The notes under the pieces were generated by a model. It did not search any database. It was not told the origin of the DNA and saw only the letters and a list, made by a program, of their open reading frames with translations. A stretch of 63,999 nt of DNA, counting the filler, from Perkinsus olseni (lineage: Eukaryota): assembly GCA_013115125.1 (NCBI GenBank). It is 31 parts of 31 records of this genome, joined end to end, with 100 filler letters (N's around TTAATTAATTAA, not from the genome) between each part and the next. Parts side by side here need not be neighbours in the genome. Positions count along the whole stretch, not along the records: positions 25,338 to 27,325 come from JABANN010001678.1; positions 27,426 to 29,410 come from JABANN010001679.1; positions 29,511 to 31,495 come from JABANN010001680.1; positions 31,596 to 33,574 come from JABANN010001681.1; positions 33,675 to 35,650 come from JABANN010001682.1; positions 35,751 to 37,725 come from JABANN010001683.1; 25 more parts are not named here. The stretch is one strand, 5' to 3'. The translations under genes were made by a program, and so were the position numbers. This document shows positions 25,523 to 36,354 of the stretch, one piece after another (within the stretch, counting starts at the first letter, position 1; each line of letters opens with the position of its first letter).

Positions 25523-27435
25523 AATACATTCTTGGTTCACTATTTCTCATCTTGCCTGTAATTGTTCGGGTTCAGCGTTGAGTTCATTAATTAGCACCCC
25601 GCCTTAATTATTGTTGGCCATGAATGTAATTAGGCCGCTGCGTAGTGCCGAGGTAGTCAACTTGACAACCTCTGCTCCTCTTTTCGGCTTGACAGTGAGA
25701 CAGCCTTGCAACCTCAGACGTGGAGTATCCATGTTCGGGGTTCAGCGTGGATTTTCCGCCTCTCACCTCAACCTTCCACCACTCAACGGTTGGGTAGGCA
25801 AAACCCCTGGTGGCAGTCGTAGACTTGATGAGCACGACAAAAGTAAAGCCAGCAAAGCGACGGGAAGGCCCAGTCCCTTCTACCCTTTTCCGACTAAATC
25901 GACACCTGGTTCGACAGTTCTAGGTAGCCTATCTCGGTAATATGATCCTCAATTGATTGCACCATGAGTTCGAGTTCGACCGTCATATACAAGAAACTAC
26001 AGGTAGTCCAGAAACTCTCAAATCTCGTAAAACATGAGCATTGTGATCATTTGTAAAGGGTATTGAGCCATGCATCAGCAGGACGTCCTCCGCCGTACCT
26101 AGTAGACGGTTCTCCTGAATAACTCTTCATCAATAGTCCCACCTGCTCCAGCCATGTGCAAGCCCTGTTTTCGACACGATGCCAAACTTCTTGTGATGTT
26201 GGATTCGCAGCCGATGCCACCTGACGAATCCATAAGCAGAGCCTTACCTTTCTGAGGAAGCACCACTCACCTGTACTTCACGTTATCCTTAGGTAAGTCC
26301 CTCACGCGCCGACGGAAGCGTCTCCGTCCACCACTCTTAGCGTAGTATTCCAGAGCATGGCCAGCCTTGAGCACTCGAGCCATATGAGTGAGGCCTACTA
26401 CTGCTGGTGCTACGTGGGCCAACGTCTGGGCTACTTGTTCCTAACAAAGCACCCATGGAACCTTCCGCTGCGCATCGGCATGCACCTGTGAGAACCGCGA
26501 CACTGCTATGGGATTGCGGTCTTTGAGTTGACCGAGTTGAGGGTTCAAGGGGTACCTAGCGCACACTGACAGAGTGCATCAGCAGGCGCCTCACATGATG
26601 GGCATGGCCAGCCTTGACTGAAGTAAATTAGCCACTACACTGCACCTGGCGAAGAAGGTATCTATCAACACTAGTATTTGCAGGAGACAGCCGGTACCGA
26701 GTCATCTACTACGCAATCGGGCAGGGTCGATCTTCTTCGGGAGTCCGGCCATGTAATGACACCTTCCATTAAGGAGGCCTGGGTGCACACTAACGCAACA
26801 GCAAATAACTAGAGAACTCTCCAATGGTGTATTTCATGCTTGTTCATGTCTCTCTTCAGCTTTCCATGCAAACAGGGTGGACCACCAGGACTCAGTCGAG
26901 TCTTGGTCGCTGAATGGCTGCTCGTCGCTGATAGCATGGGCCCAGCTTTGAGTAAGGCGAACCATACTGTCATCACCAGACGCGTATAAGAAGTGGAGAA
27001 CCTGACCAGCCTCAATCGGCACCGTAACAGGCCCACCAGGGTCACCACGACTTTACATCATCCTGTGTGAGCCCCCCGGACTTCTTGATGCTGTCCAAGA
27101 CACCTCCAGTCGGCTGTAGTGCAGCAATGAGTTCCTTCGCGTTCAGTGACTCCGCCTGAGCATCTAGCCATGCCGCCCCTCTGCAACCCTCTCCTTACCG
27201 TGGGGTTCCCTGCCTTGCCGGCCACAGCAGCCCACCACTGCCGTGCAGCCTTGTCGGTGCGCGCTTTAACAATACTTTCCTCCAGCTGGGGTATCTTTCC
27301 CTTCAGCACCCCTATAGATTGGCGCNNNNNNNNNNNNNNNNNNNNNNNNNNNNNNNNNNNNNNNNNNNNTTAATTAATTAANNNNNNNNNNNNNNNNNNN
27401 NNNNNNNNNNNNNNNNNNNNNNNNNTCCAGAAATG

Positions 27436-27533
27436 CTGCACCACGAATTCGTCAAGCCATGCTGTGTCTCTAGTTCGTCAAGTGCAGCTGCACCACAATT
27501 TCGTCAAATCATACTGCAGTCCAAATTCGCCGA
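27436..27533. repeat. Four degenerate ~25-bp repeats (CTGCAxxxxxATTCGTCAA) downstream of the SL RNA gene
   Basis: TTCGTCAA/TTCGCCGA recurs at ~25-nt spacing. Confidence 0.65.
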
Positions 27534-27536
27534 CTG

Positions 27537-27621
27537 AAAAAGGGTCGTCACCGACATTCACCTTTCGGCTGCAGCCTAGCGAGCGGACCTGATATTTACC
27601 TTGAGCCAAGATGGCTACGGT
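27537..27621 (-). ncRNA. Spliced-leader (SL) RNA gene, Perkinsus type
   Basis: Exon ACCGTAGCCATCTTGGCTCAAG at 27621-27600, then GT donor (27599-27598), a ~60-nt GC-rich intron part with a GAAA-capped hairpin, and TTTTT at 27541-27537. Confidence 0.95.
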
Positions 27622-27789
27622 GACCTATAGGGCTCCAGGTTGTGGTCGTGCCAGTAGCATAAAATTCCGTTGCGCCACGAAATTCCAAGAAACGAAAAAA
27701 GTCGACCATCCCGACCTATTACTTCTGCCCAATCCATCCATTCTCTTCCGTCCCCTTCTTAACGATATGCTCCAGCCTTCCTTGTAATT

Positions 27790-28480
27790 GACACTGTCCA
27801 ACCCAACCGGGCGCAGGTTCAATTCCAGTTGGAGACATTCAGGCCATCTTCCATGCGAACGACCCAGGTTCAATCCCTGCGGACCACACTCTCCACACTG
27901 GAGTTCAATTCTCACCGACTCCATTCCATGCTTAGGTAACCGGACCACCCCGGATCGATCCCTGGTCGCTGCGCATTCCCCACTCGGGTTCAATTATCGG
28001 AGACTTCATTCCATTCTGGGCCATTCGAGAGCACGCAGGTTCAATCCCACCGGACTGCTCACCTTTATGGAAGTTGAACTCCCACCGACTTCATTCTACG
28101 CTGCGGTATCCGAAACACCCGAGTTCAATCCTCACTAGCTGCGCATTCCCCACTCATGTTCAATTACCACCCACTTCACTCCGCGCTGGCTACCCGAGAA
28201 CACGTGGGTTCGATCCCACCCAACTGCTCACCTTTAGGGAAGTTCAACTCCCACCAACTCCATCCCATTCTGCGGCAGTCGAAGGACCCGAGTTCGATCC
28301 CTGCTATCCGCGCATCACACACTCGAGTTCAATTCTCACCGACCTCACTCTACCTTGGCCTATCCGACAACACCACGGTTCAATCCCACCGGACTGTCCA
28401 ACCCCACTCGAGTTCGGTTCCCGCCGACTTTATTCCGCGCTGCGGTGACCGAAGCACCCCAGTTCAACCCCCGCGGTCTC
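27790..28480 (+). repeat. Degenerate tandem array: ~85-bp unit with ~170-bp higher-order period
   Basis: GTTCRA-like cores at 27817, 27868, 27903, 27953, 27988, 28039, 28073, 28123, 28158, 28208, 28242, 28292, 28327, 28378, 28412 and 28462 (spacings alternate 50-51 and 34-35 nt). Confidence 0.9.
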
Positions 28481-29510
28481 CATTTCCTACAAATCACTGA
28501 CCATTTCCTCGCGATTTCTCCGAATTTACCCGCGCACTCTCCAATTTGCTCACATCACCGGAATCCTCAGCTCACGCGCTCTCCAGCCACACCGCCAATT
28601 TTACTCTCGCGCACCTCCAATCCATCCAATTCTCTCCGACAAGCAGCATCACTCTCAGCTCGGAACAATTCACCAGCCACGGGAGCCCTCTCTCGAATTC
28701 CAGCAAGGTAATCGCGAACGTGATTGGCGCGGTAAAATGTGGTAGCTCGCGCCCAAGGGTCTTGTGCGCGCCTCGGCCAGCAGAGCGCGCCGTAAATCGA
28801 TTGCGCTATAACGTGCTCGACAAGATAGGCTTGCCGTTGGCTCACGTGTTAGTCCACGCTTGTCTAGAAAAAAAACGTCCACGTCTCTTGTCTACGCTTG
28901 TCTACACCTGTCTGGCGTTTTCCTCTGTGAGCTAGCTCTCGAGCGATTAACTGGTAGTGAGCCACGCTTCGCCCCCCCCACTTTCTCTCATCGGTTCGAT
29001 CTTCCTTCGTTGCGTCGCTCTTCACCCTCTGACCGCTCAGGATCCCCTTCTCGCCCCTCCGATCCGAGGCATGGTAACCAGAAGGCTACGAGTCGACGTA
29101 TCAAGCCTGCCTGTCCACGAGTCGGAGGGCGACCGAAGTCTCCCGTTCTGCACGAATTTCAACTTGAAGCCTTCAAGGCTAACCGGCGCCTTGCCCTCTG
29201 CGGCTCTCTCTCACGTTCTGGCCCCTAGCGGCCTTCCTCTGCCCTCCGTGGCTTCGATAGTCCCTAGTCGACTTATTACTCGCCGACCAGCCCTCTGCGG
29301 CTGTGGTACCACTCCGTGGTCAGTTTAAGATACCTGGAGTTCCCATGACGGAATGTACACTGATTAAGACTTGTTCCTGCTCAACAAGTTTGTTGCCGAG
29401 TTAATCAATTNNNNNNNNNNNNNNNNNNNNNNNNNNNNNNNNNNNNNNNNNNNNTTAATTAATTAANNNNNNNNNNNNNNNNNNNNNNNNNNNNNNNNNN
29501 NNNNNNNNNN

Positions 29511-29581
29511 CCCAGACCCAGGATCGAACTGAGGACCTCCAGATCTTCAGTCTGGCGCTCTCCCAACTGAGCTATCTGGGC
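29511..29581 (-). tRNA. tRNA-Phe(GAA), last ~2 nt cut by the contig end
   Basis: GCCCAGA-TAGCTCAGTTGGGAGAGC-CCAGA CT GAA GA TCTGG-...-TTCGATC cloverleaf. Confidence 0.95.
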
Positions 29582-29783
29582 TGGTTCACGGAGTTTACGG
29601 GCACTGTGGAGGGGAATACGTCGCGCGCCCGTGACTCTGGATGTCTCATCCCAGTACGACCACAGCCAGGCGTGGAATTCTGGGAAAACTGAACAAGTGA
29701 TCACAAAATATGGTAAAGAATATTTAAATACTCTTACTAAAGGAGTTGATCAATTGATCAGCTCATTCACTGTGGCCATATAC

Positions 29784-29856
29784 TGCGGCCTGCGAGGATC
29801 GAACTCGCGACCTTAGGATTATGAGACCTACGCGCTACCTACTGCGCCAAGGCCGC
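29784..29856 (-). tRNA. tRNA-Met(CAT), elongator type
   Basis: GCGGCCT/AGGCCGC acceptor stem, CT CAT AA loop, TTCGATC T-loop, G1-C72. Confidence 0.95.
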
Positions 29857-30180
29857 GCATCACGATAGTAGGAACTCGCTACCGATTGTCCCATTAATTG
29901 GGGATCTGGAGGTAGCGGGATAGCCGTTATGTAGTGGATAGCAGAGTCTTCATATTATCCTTCATCTCTCGTAGTAACTGAGCGGTACTGTTTTTCTTTA
30001 GTTTGTGTGATTTCACTATGATATGAACACAACTAAGATTCCTCAGCTCTGAAGCTAGGAGTATGACGAAGACGAGTGGGTATTACTATACTATTGATTG
30101 TGATGATCGTGAGATGAGCTTTCCAGATCATATGTCTTTTATCAAGTTGGATTTCCCATTCGTATTATTTCCTCTTATCT

Positions 30181-31495
30181 ATGCCGTCTTCTCCGCAGGG
30201 TAATGATAGTACTATGAACAAGGAAAAAGGTGTTGAGTTTGTTGACAGCCAAGATGAGTCTACTACAAGATACGAACAGTGGAACCTAAATGACTTGAAT
30301 GTCATAGGCTCTGATCTCTCTAGAACAAGGCCGAGAGTTCCTAGTGCTGCAGTCTATATTTTGGGCAATTGTCTTGACTATACTTGGAGGTATTATAAGT
30401 TTAGTTATGATACTTATCAGTATTCCCCGGAAGCTGTTGCTAGAGGTGTCTGGTGGAAAGACATTGCTGCGTGGTGTGATCCTTCCCTCGGTAGTGCATT
30501 TCACGCTGAGAGCTCGGTGATACTACGGCGACTGCAAACTGATTATGTTCTTGACGTCCCACTTGCGACCTTTGTATTTTTCTACACGCTCGAATTTCGA
30601 TGCGAATCAAAGGTTAAGCAGCAACGTGGTAGAGATGTTCTACGAGCGTATTTGGATAGCAACGAGTCGGAGGCCACTCAGTTTCTTCTCTCCTTAGAGA
30701 AAGGAGAAAAATGTACTTTACTAGGCGCTAACGCTCTCCCGTCTGATGATGCTTTAGCAGATGGCAGTGGTTCCTGTAGATTAGTGTTTACTCATCATGA
30801 AGGGTGCACGGATGGCCGTTCTGCTCCAGTTAATGGCTCTGATGATGTTCTGCAAAAGGACACTGAAGAGAAGACTTCCGAGGAGGATAAGGAAGTAGAG
30901 CACCTAGAGGGAGAAGAGGCTGAGGTAGTGCAGGATGACTTGAGCGAGAAAACTAAAGCTTGGGGATTGCTTTTGCGAATTGCAATTCTTTATGTCGGCC
31001 AGTGTCCTTCTGATGGTAATAACCTCAGGGAGGCTAAGAATGATTGGCTGAAGGTAAAGCAGGATAAGGACAAGACCTTTGAGACCTATGCTGCTGAAGA
31101 ACGGCAAGCTTACGAGAAGATGCAAGTGATGTATCAATGGAGTGGTGTGGAGTGTCCTACTGAGTACGAGCGTATCATTAAATTTATGAAAGGCCTGAAC
31201 TCAGGATTGGCCGACGCCTACTCGAAGAAGCTGAGGAAGCAGGATCGAAGAGCCGAGGAGCTGACTTATCGATCAATGGTAAATGACCTTTCTCTACTTG
31301 ATCATAGTATGTCACTTGTTTTCCCTTGGGAAAAACTCGATAGCGCTAAGAATGAGAAGAAATCGAAATCTGGTTCTTCTGGTGGTGCCGAGAACTCAAA
31401 ATCTTCTACGTCTCCATCTCCTAGTGCTGGTGTGTCTCAGCCATCACTCTCTGATGACAATAGGTCTTCCAAGCAACGACATCAATCGCGTCAAC
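30181..31495 (+). mobile_element. Retrotransposon gag-like ORF (3' truncated)
   Basis: WLKVKQDKDKTFETY...EYERIIKFMKGLN (gag major-homology-like), followed by a Ser/Lys-rich linker. Confidence 0.6.
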
Positions 31496-31595
31496 NNNNN
31501 NNNNNNNNNNNNNNNNNNNNNNNNNNNNNNNNNNNNNNNTTAATTAATTAANNNNNNNNNNNNNNNNNNNNNNNNNNNNNNNNNNNNNNNNNNNN

Positions 31596-33574
31596 TACAC
31601 TGCCTTGGTCGACCAGTATCTCCAACGCCGTCACTGGACTCCGATGGCAGGGGACGCCGGTGTCGGGGCCGCTGAAGTCTTCATGGTTGGCGGTGTTGGC
31701 ACCTCGGTCAAGGGCCGGCTGGTCTGCGACTTCAGAGGGCTTAACCAGGCCCTACCTAAGAGCTCAAGTTCGGCGTCGTTCCTTCCGGTGGTCATGGCTG
31801 CCCTTCGTCTCTCACGACCGCATGCTGTGGTGTGTGCCGACATGCATAGTGCGTTCTACATGCTCCATCTATGTGATCATGAAGGTTGCCTCAACAAGCT
31901 CCAGCTGCGGTATGGCGACGGTCGCTCCTTCGAGAGTTCGAGAGTGTGTTTCGGTGCTGGTTTCGGCCCGGAAAGTCTCGACCGTTCACTCGGACGCCAA
32001 CGACGCCAGTTCCTGCGAGACCCGCCTGTCCGCATGCGTCGGTCAGGGCTCGCACAGTGGGTTGACGACTTCATCTTCTTCTTCGGCCGGATGGACTTGA
32101 TCAACATCTTCACCATCTTGTCGGTCTTCCTACGATTCGTGGGGCTCTGTGGCTTTGTCGCAGCCTTGAAGAAGTTTGCCATCTTGGTCGCCGATGCTGC
32201 TCGACCCGAGTTCCAGGCTCTTCAAGACCTCATCCGACCGCAGGCTACCACTCTCGGTGTCACTCTCAGTTACCACTCCTCTCCGGTCGCAACCCTCTCT
32301 CTCGCCTGTGACCGGAATGACCGCCTCCAAGCTGCTCGCAGCATTCTGTCTCAGGAGCAGTGGTGCAAGACTGAGATATACGCGGCTGCTGGTGGTATTG
32401 GTCACGACCCCGTCGGCTTACACGGGGATGCCAAGCCCTACTGTGATGCTACTCGACGACTTTTCGGTGGAGCTTTCTCCAAGGTTTCTTGGGGTAAACC
32501 ACTCGTCAAGGCCGTTTTCACGGAGGACCAGTGGCTGGCGTGGACGACTCTCCGGGAGCGTCTTCTCTCTTACGTAGAGGAGCACCTGGCCTGTGGTTGT
32601 GACCACACCATAGCTGTGAGCGACGGTCCAGTCGAGAAGATGGTTCTCCGAACAGATGCTTCTCAATCTGGTGGTGGCGTCTACATCTTCACTCTGGACT
32701 CGGATAACCGTGAGGTCGACATCATCAGGGACGCCTTTTGCTTCACCAAGACCCAGCAACACTACCACAGCAACCGCAGAGAACTTCTGTGCTTGTATCG
32801 GGGAGTATGCTGGATTCGTCGGATACTGTCCCAAATGAAGGACACTAGCTATGGTCGGACGGCCTCGTCGACTACTTCCATCACAGGAGAGACCGGTCTA
32901 CCGACTGTGGTGATTCAATCCGACAACTCCTGCTCTGCTCGGTGGTGCCTGTCCTCTGGAAGTACTCTGAAGGTCACGGCTGTGGAGCGGGCTGCAATCG
33001 TCAGACTTGCTGCCGCGCTCGGTCACGAGCTGGCAGAGATCAAGGCCCTGGGTTCTAACTACGTGGTGGAGCATCTGAGTGGCACCTGCAACGAGACTGC
33101 CGATAAGCTTAGCCGAGCTCTCGACATCGTCATCAAGGGGCGGTCTCCTCTGACTCTCAACGCTCTGCTCAACCGGTGTCTGGGTAACGGCGTGTCTGAG
33201 ACCCATGATGACGTCTTCAACTTGGCTGAGTTCCTCCACTCGCAAGTCTCTCATGACTTGTGTTTCGAGCCATGCGGCCCAGACTGCCCTCAGACTGGTG
33301 CTCCGACACTACCCGAAGCTCCCTCAGTAGTCTCTGAAGATTGCCTACGCCTGGTACAAGAGGTGGCTCCGTCAGCAGCCGCTTTGGTTTGCGAGGGTGA
33401 CTACGTCTCTCGGTGTTGGGAACTCTCCGGCGTCCGAGCCGGCGAAGACCGATGTCAAGTCATCTCGCCTGTCCCTTCTGACCAGCGCCTTGGCTCGTTC
33501 ATCTCCGACACTCTGCGATTATGTTGGGGAATGAACCAGTGCTGTTCTCTAGTGGCGGTGTACCGGTGGTGTTG
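31596..33574 (+). mobile_element. pol: Retrotransposon RT-RNase H, open across the contig; WVDD catalytic motif
   Basis: RLVCDFRGLN, ADMHSAFY, VCFGAGFGP, WVDD (32058-32069), TLGV, TDAS, HSNRREL, SDN, HLSGTCNETADKLSR. Confidence 0.92.
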
Positions 33575-34144
33575 NNNNNNNNNNNNNNNNNNNNNNNNNN
33601 NNNNNNNNNNNNNNNNNNTTAATTAATTAANNNNNNNNNNNNNNNNNNNNNNNNNNNNNNNNNNNNNNNNNNNNCGGTTGCGTGGTGCCTTACCAGAAGT
33701 GGACGTGCAATTTCTACGGTCTAGATTTCCGAGAGATTTGACCTTCGCACAGAGAGAGCCGCAGAAGGCGTACCACGGAAGACGGCTGGGTCCAGGTTCC
33801 TCTCGCGGCAGACTGCAACGGCCGAGGAGAATATTATAACGTTTGGCTGAGAACCGAACTCCACCAGGACGTCTTCGTTGAACTCTTGGTCTCTGAAGAA
33901 GATGCTCGTCACCACTGAGCGAGTGGAACCAGAGTGACGACAAGATACTTCTTGCCCAACACATGCTGCGACCTAAGATACTCTCCCGCTATTCTTGCGA
34001 GATACTGACACTGTGGCCGCCAACAGGGCACTTCGAGCACGTACCGAATGTCAGGATTGCACGCATGCACAAGGTGAGGCCCTCATCACGAGGTGCCCGT
34101 AAGAAGGTGATAAGAGCACACGCGGTGTTACGTCAGCTGAACGC

Positions 34145-34376
34145 CGCAGACCTTTAACGCCTCCCTGAACTCCTCGGCCGTGAGCCTTCCATCGGCATCT
34201 GAGTTGGGCAGCAAAGAAGGCGTTGAGCCTAGATCTTCTGCACGCACGCGCAAGCCCGACTCCGAAGGAGACAGCCCGCCCATACCCGCGTCGAAGATGT
34301 AGAACACAGCTCTCTCGTCGAAGCTGCCATCAGCCGGGCCCCCAGAGGGGCTGCTGGGTGAAGAGTCACCATGCAT
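34145..34376 (-). CDS. EF-hand protein, first two exons
   Basis: Removing the GT-AG intron 34199-34285 gives AVFYIF-DADADGRLTAEE-FREALK, a canonical EF-hand loop. Confidence 0.7.
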
Positions 34377-34444
34377 GATGATGAAATGAAGATACTGCAG
34401 GAGGGAAGCGAAGGGGGAAGGACGCAACAGTCGCGACACAGGCT

Positions 34445-34910
34445 TCAAGCACTCCCATGCAAATGTCGAAAAATGGACTCAATCCTCCGGCTGAGCATCT
34501 CTGCTCTCCTCACCAGCTCCTTGCGGGCGTGCTTCGCTGTCTCCTTCCCTGAGCAACAACAACAATGCCGAGTACGGGTAAGGGGACCACGCCCTACCAG
34601 AATGAAGGTTCCCGGTCTCTATTTCGTCGATTCCCTTAAACTGGAGCTTGTCAAGTCTGAAAGGACAAGACATCTCCTAAAGATGGTCCGGTCATCGTCA
34701 CCTGGCTTCGACTTGTGCCAACACATGCTGGGCCCGCTCGGCCGTGAGAACTCCCGAGCATAAATCGCTTTCAACTTGGCGAACCTGAGCTCGGTCGGCC
34801 GGAATTCAGGAGACGACCCGTGAGCCCTTACCTCAGCCTCGACTCCGGTGAGTTGTTGATCCAAGCCTTCCAGAGCACCGCAGGTTTGCTGGCTCAAAAC
34901 AGACATCGTG
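34445..34910 (-). CDS. BAG-domain-like helical protein, multi-exon
   Basis: Exon pieces LAQVEAR|LDKLQFKGIDEIETGNLHSG|KETAKHARKELVRRAEML resemble BAG helices 2-3 (D...RK.LV). Confidence 0.5.
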
Positions 34911-35477
34911 CGCATTGGGCGGTTACTCGACGGCACCTACTCAGAAGCTCACGACGAGCTTTGCTGGGGTCAGTTCAGCCGGGTACCTCTCTCTTCGAGG
35001 CGTGATCAGTCGGTAGGCCCGCCGGCCGCATTGGAGGGAAAGTGTGAACTGCCGATCGACAAGCAGTGATTCGGTCGGGAACAAGAGTCTTTCGCTGGAG
35101 TCCACCACCGTAGCAACGGGGGACTGCCGGGTCGTGGAAAGCCCAGAAGCTAGTGTGTTGTGATGCACCGGTCATTCACCATGGGGTGATGCCTCTATAG
35201 TCCCGTCAGAAAAGATTGCCCAGGGGCGACTGCGGGAGTTCCAGTGTATGGCGACTCGAGGGACAAAGGACAAATACGTTGCACGTTCAAATATCCCCCC
35301 AACCCGAGTATAAATTCGGCATAAATTATTTTTTATTCAAATATTAATAATTTGTTATTTCGACCATTCCATTCTCGAGACGCGTGCGGTCAGCAGGCCA
35401 GGGGTGCGCGAGCGTGTTCCGGACTGCGTCACGCAGTGCATTGGATAACTTCACCTAATCGGACTTCGACTATCGTC

Positions 35478-35546
35478 GATAGTCAGGGGGTACAGCTCCG
35501 ATAATCGATAGTCTATCGATTATCGGAGCTGTACCCCCTGACTATC
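35478..35546. repeat. Perfect 69-bp palindrome (34-bp arms, 1-nt centre)
   Basis: GATAGTCAGGGGGTACAGCTCCGATAATCGATAG-T-CTATCGATTATCGGAGCTGTACCCCCTGACTATC. Confidence 0.97.
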
Positions 35547-35579
35547 AAGCCTCTTGAGCGTCTACGCACCGGAGGGCTC

Positions 35580-35650
35580 TGTAGTGTTCCCGGCTTGACC
35601 AAACCGTTCACTAGAGACAGCAGGAAGCTCGCCACCCTTAGAACTCGACG
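35580..35650 (-). mobile_element. LTR terminus shared with the element at 58328
   Basis: TGTAGTGTTCCCGGCTTGACC is identical at 35580-35600 and 58328-58348. Confidence 0.65.
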
Positions 35651-36354
35651 NNNNNNNNNNNNNNNNNNNNNNNNNNNNNNNNNNNNNNNNNNNNTTAATT
35701 AATTAANNNNNNNNNNNNNNNNNNNNNNNNNNNNNNNNNNNNNNNNNNNNTCTATAGCGTTGACGCTAGTGGGGTGTTCCAGCACTCCCCTCTAGGTGGA
35801 GTGTCTTGCTTCCTTTGGATCGTGAGTTGCGATTGTTGTTAGGTTTCTTTGAGTTTTATGCACTCTCTCTTTTAAAATGTGATGCTCGTCATCTCCGAGA
35901 AGCGTTCAGCCTGAAAGGGTATCACACCCGACGGCTCAATCGAGCCCCTCTCCCGGTGGCCTTTGCAAGGTCCGCGGCTATCACAGCCCCAAATCGGTTA
36001 TCATAACCTTTCCCACGCAGCATGTATCAAACATGCCCCGCCGCCCACCGAGCAGGCCCCCTCCTCACCGACGTCGAATCCATCGCCATCAAGCACACCA
36101 GTTACTGGTGTTACCGGTGACCAGTAGCGCGGGTCGTGGTCCACAGTCTCGGCCTGGAACCCCCAGGGCTTTCACAGCCCCCTTGAGGAGAGGCCTTACG
36201 CCCCATCGCCCTGTTAGGCGGCCGTGTTTCACAAACACTGTTTGTTGCCCAACTCGAGAATCTTGAACGACCTTGGGCCGAGTTGCGAGGTGCATCGTGC
36301 GAGCCGCGTGTCGGCAAGTCCTTCTGATCAGTTCTCTCTTTCATCTCCCTCCCG

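Noticed and set aside
27790-28480. CRISPR array, tRNA cluster or coding repeat
   Set aside because: Units are degenerate along their whole length with no unique spacers and no cloverleaves. The 85-bp period is not a multiple of 3, so the overlapping ORFs are spurious.
34100-34200. MULE-like CxxH (HRVCSYH)
   Set aside because: It follows an in-frame stop and is better explained as intron sequence of the EF-hand gene.
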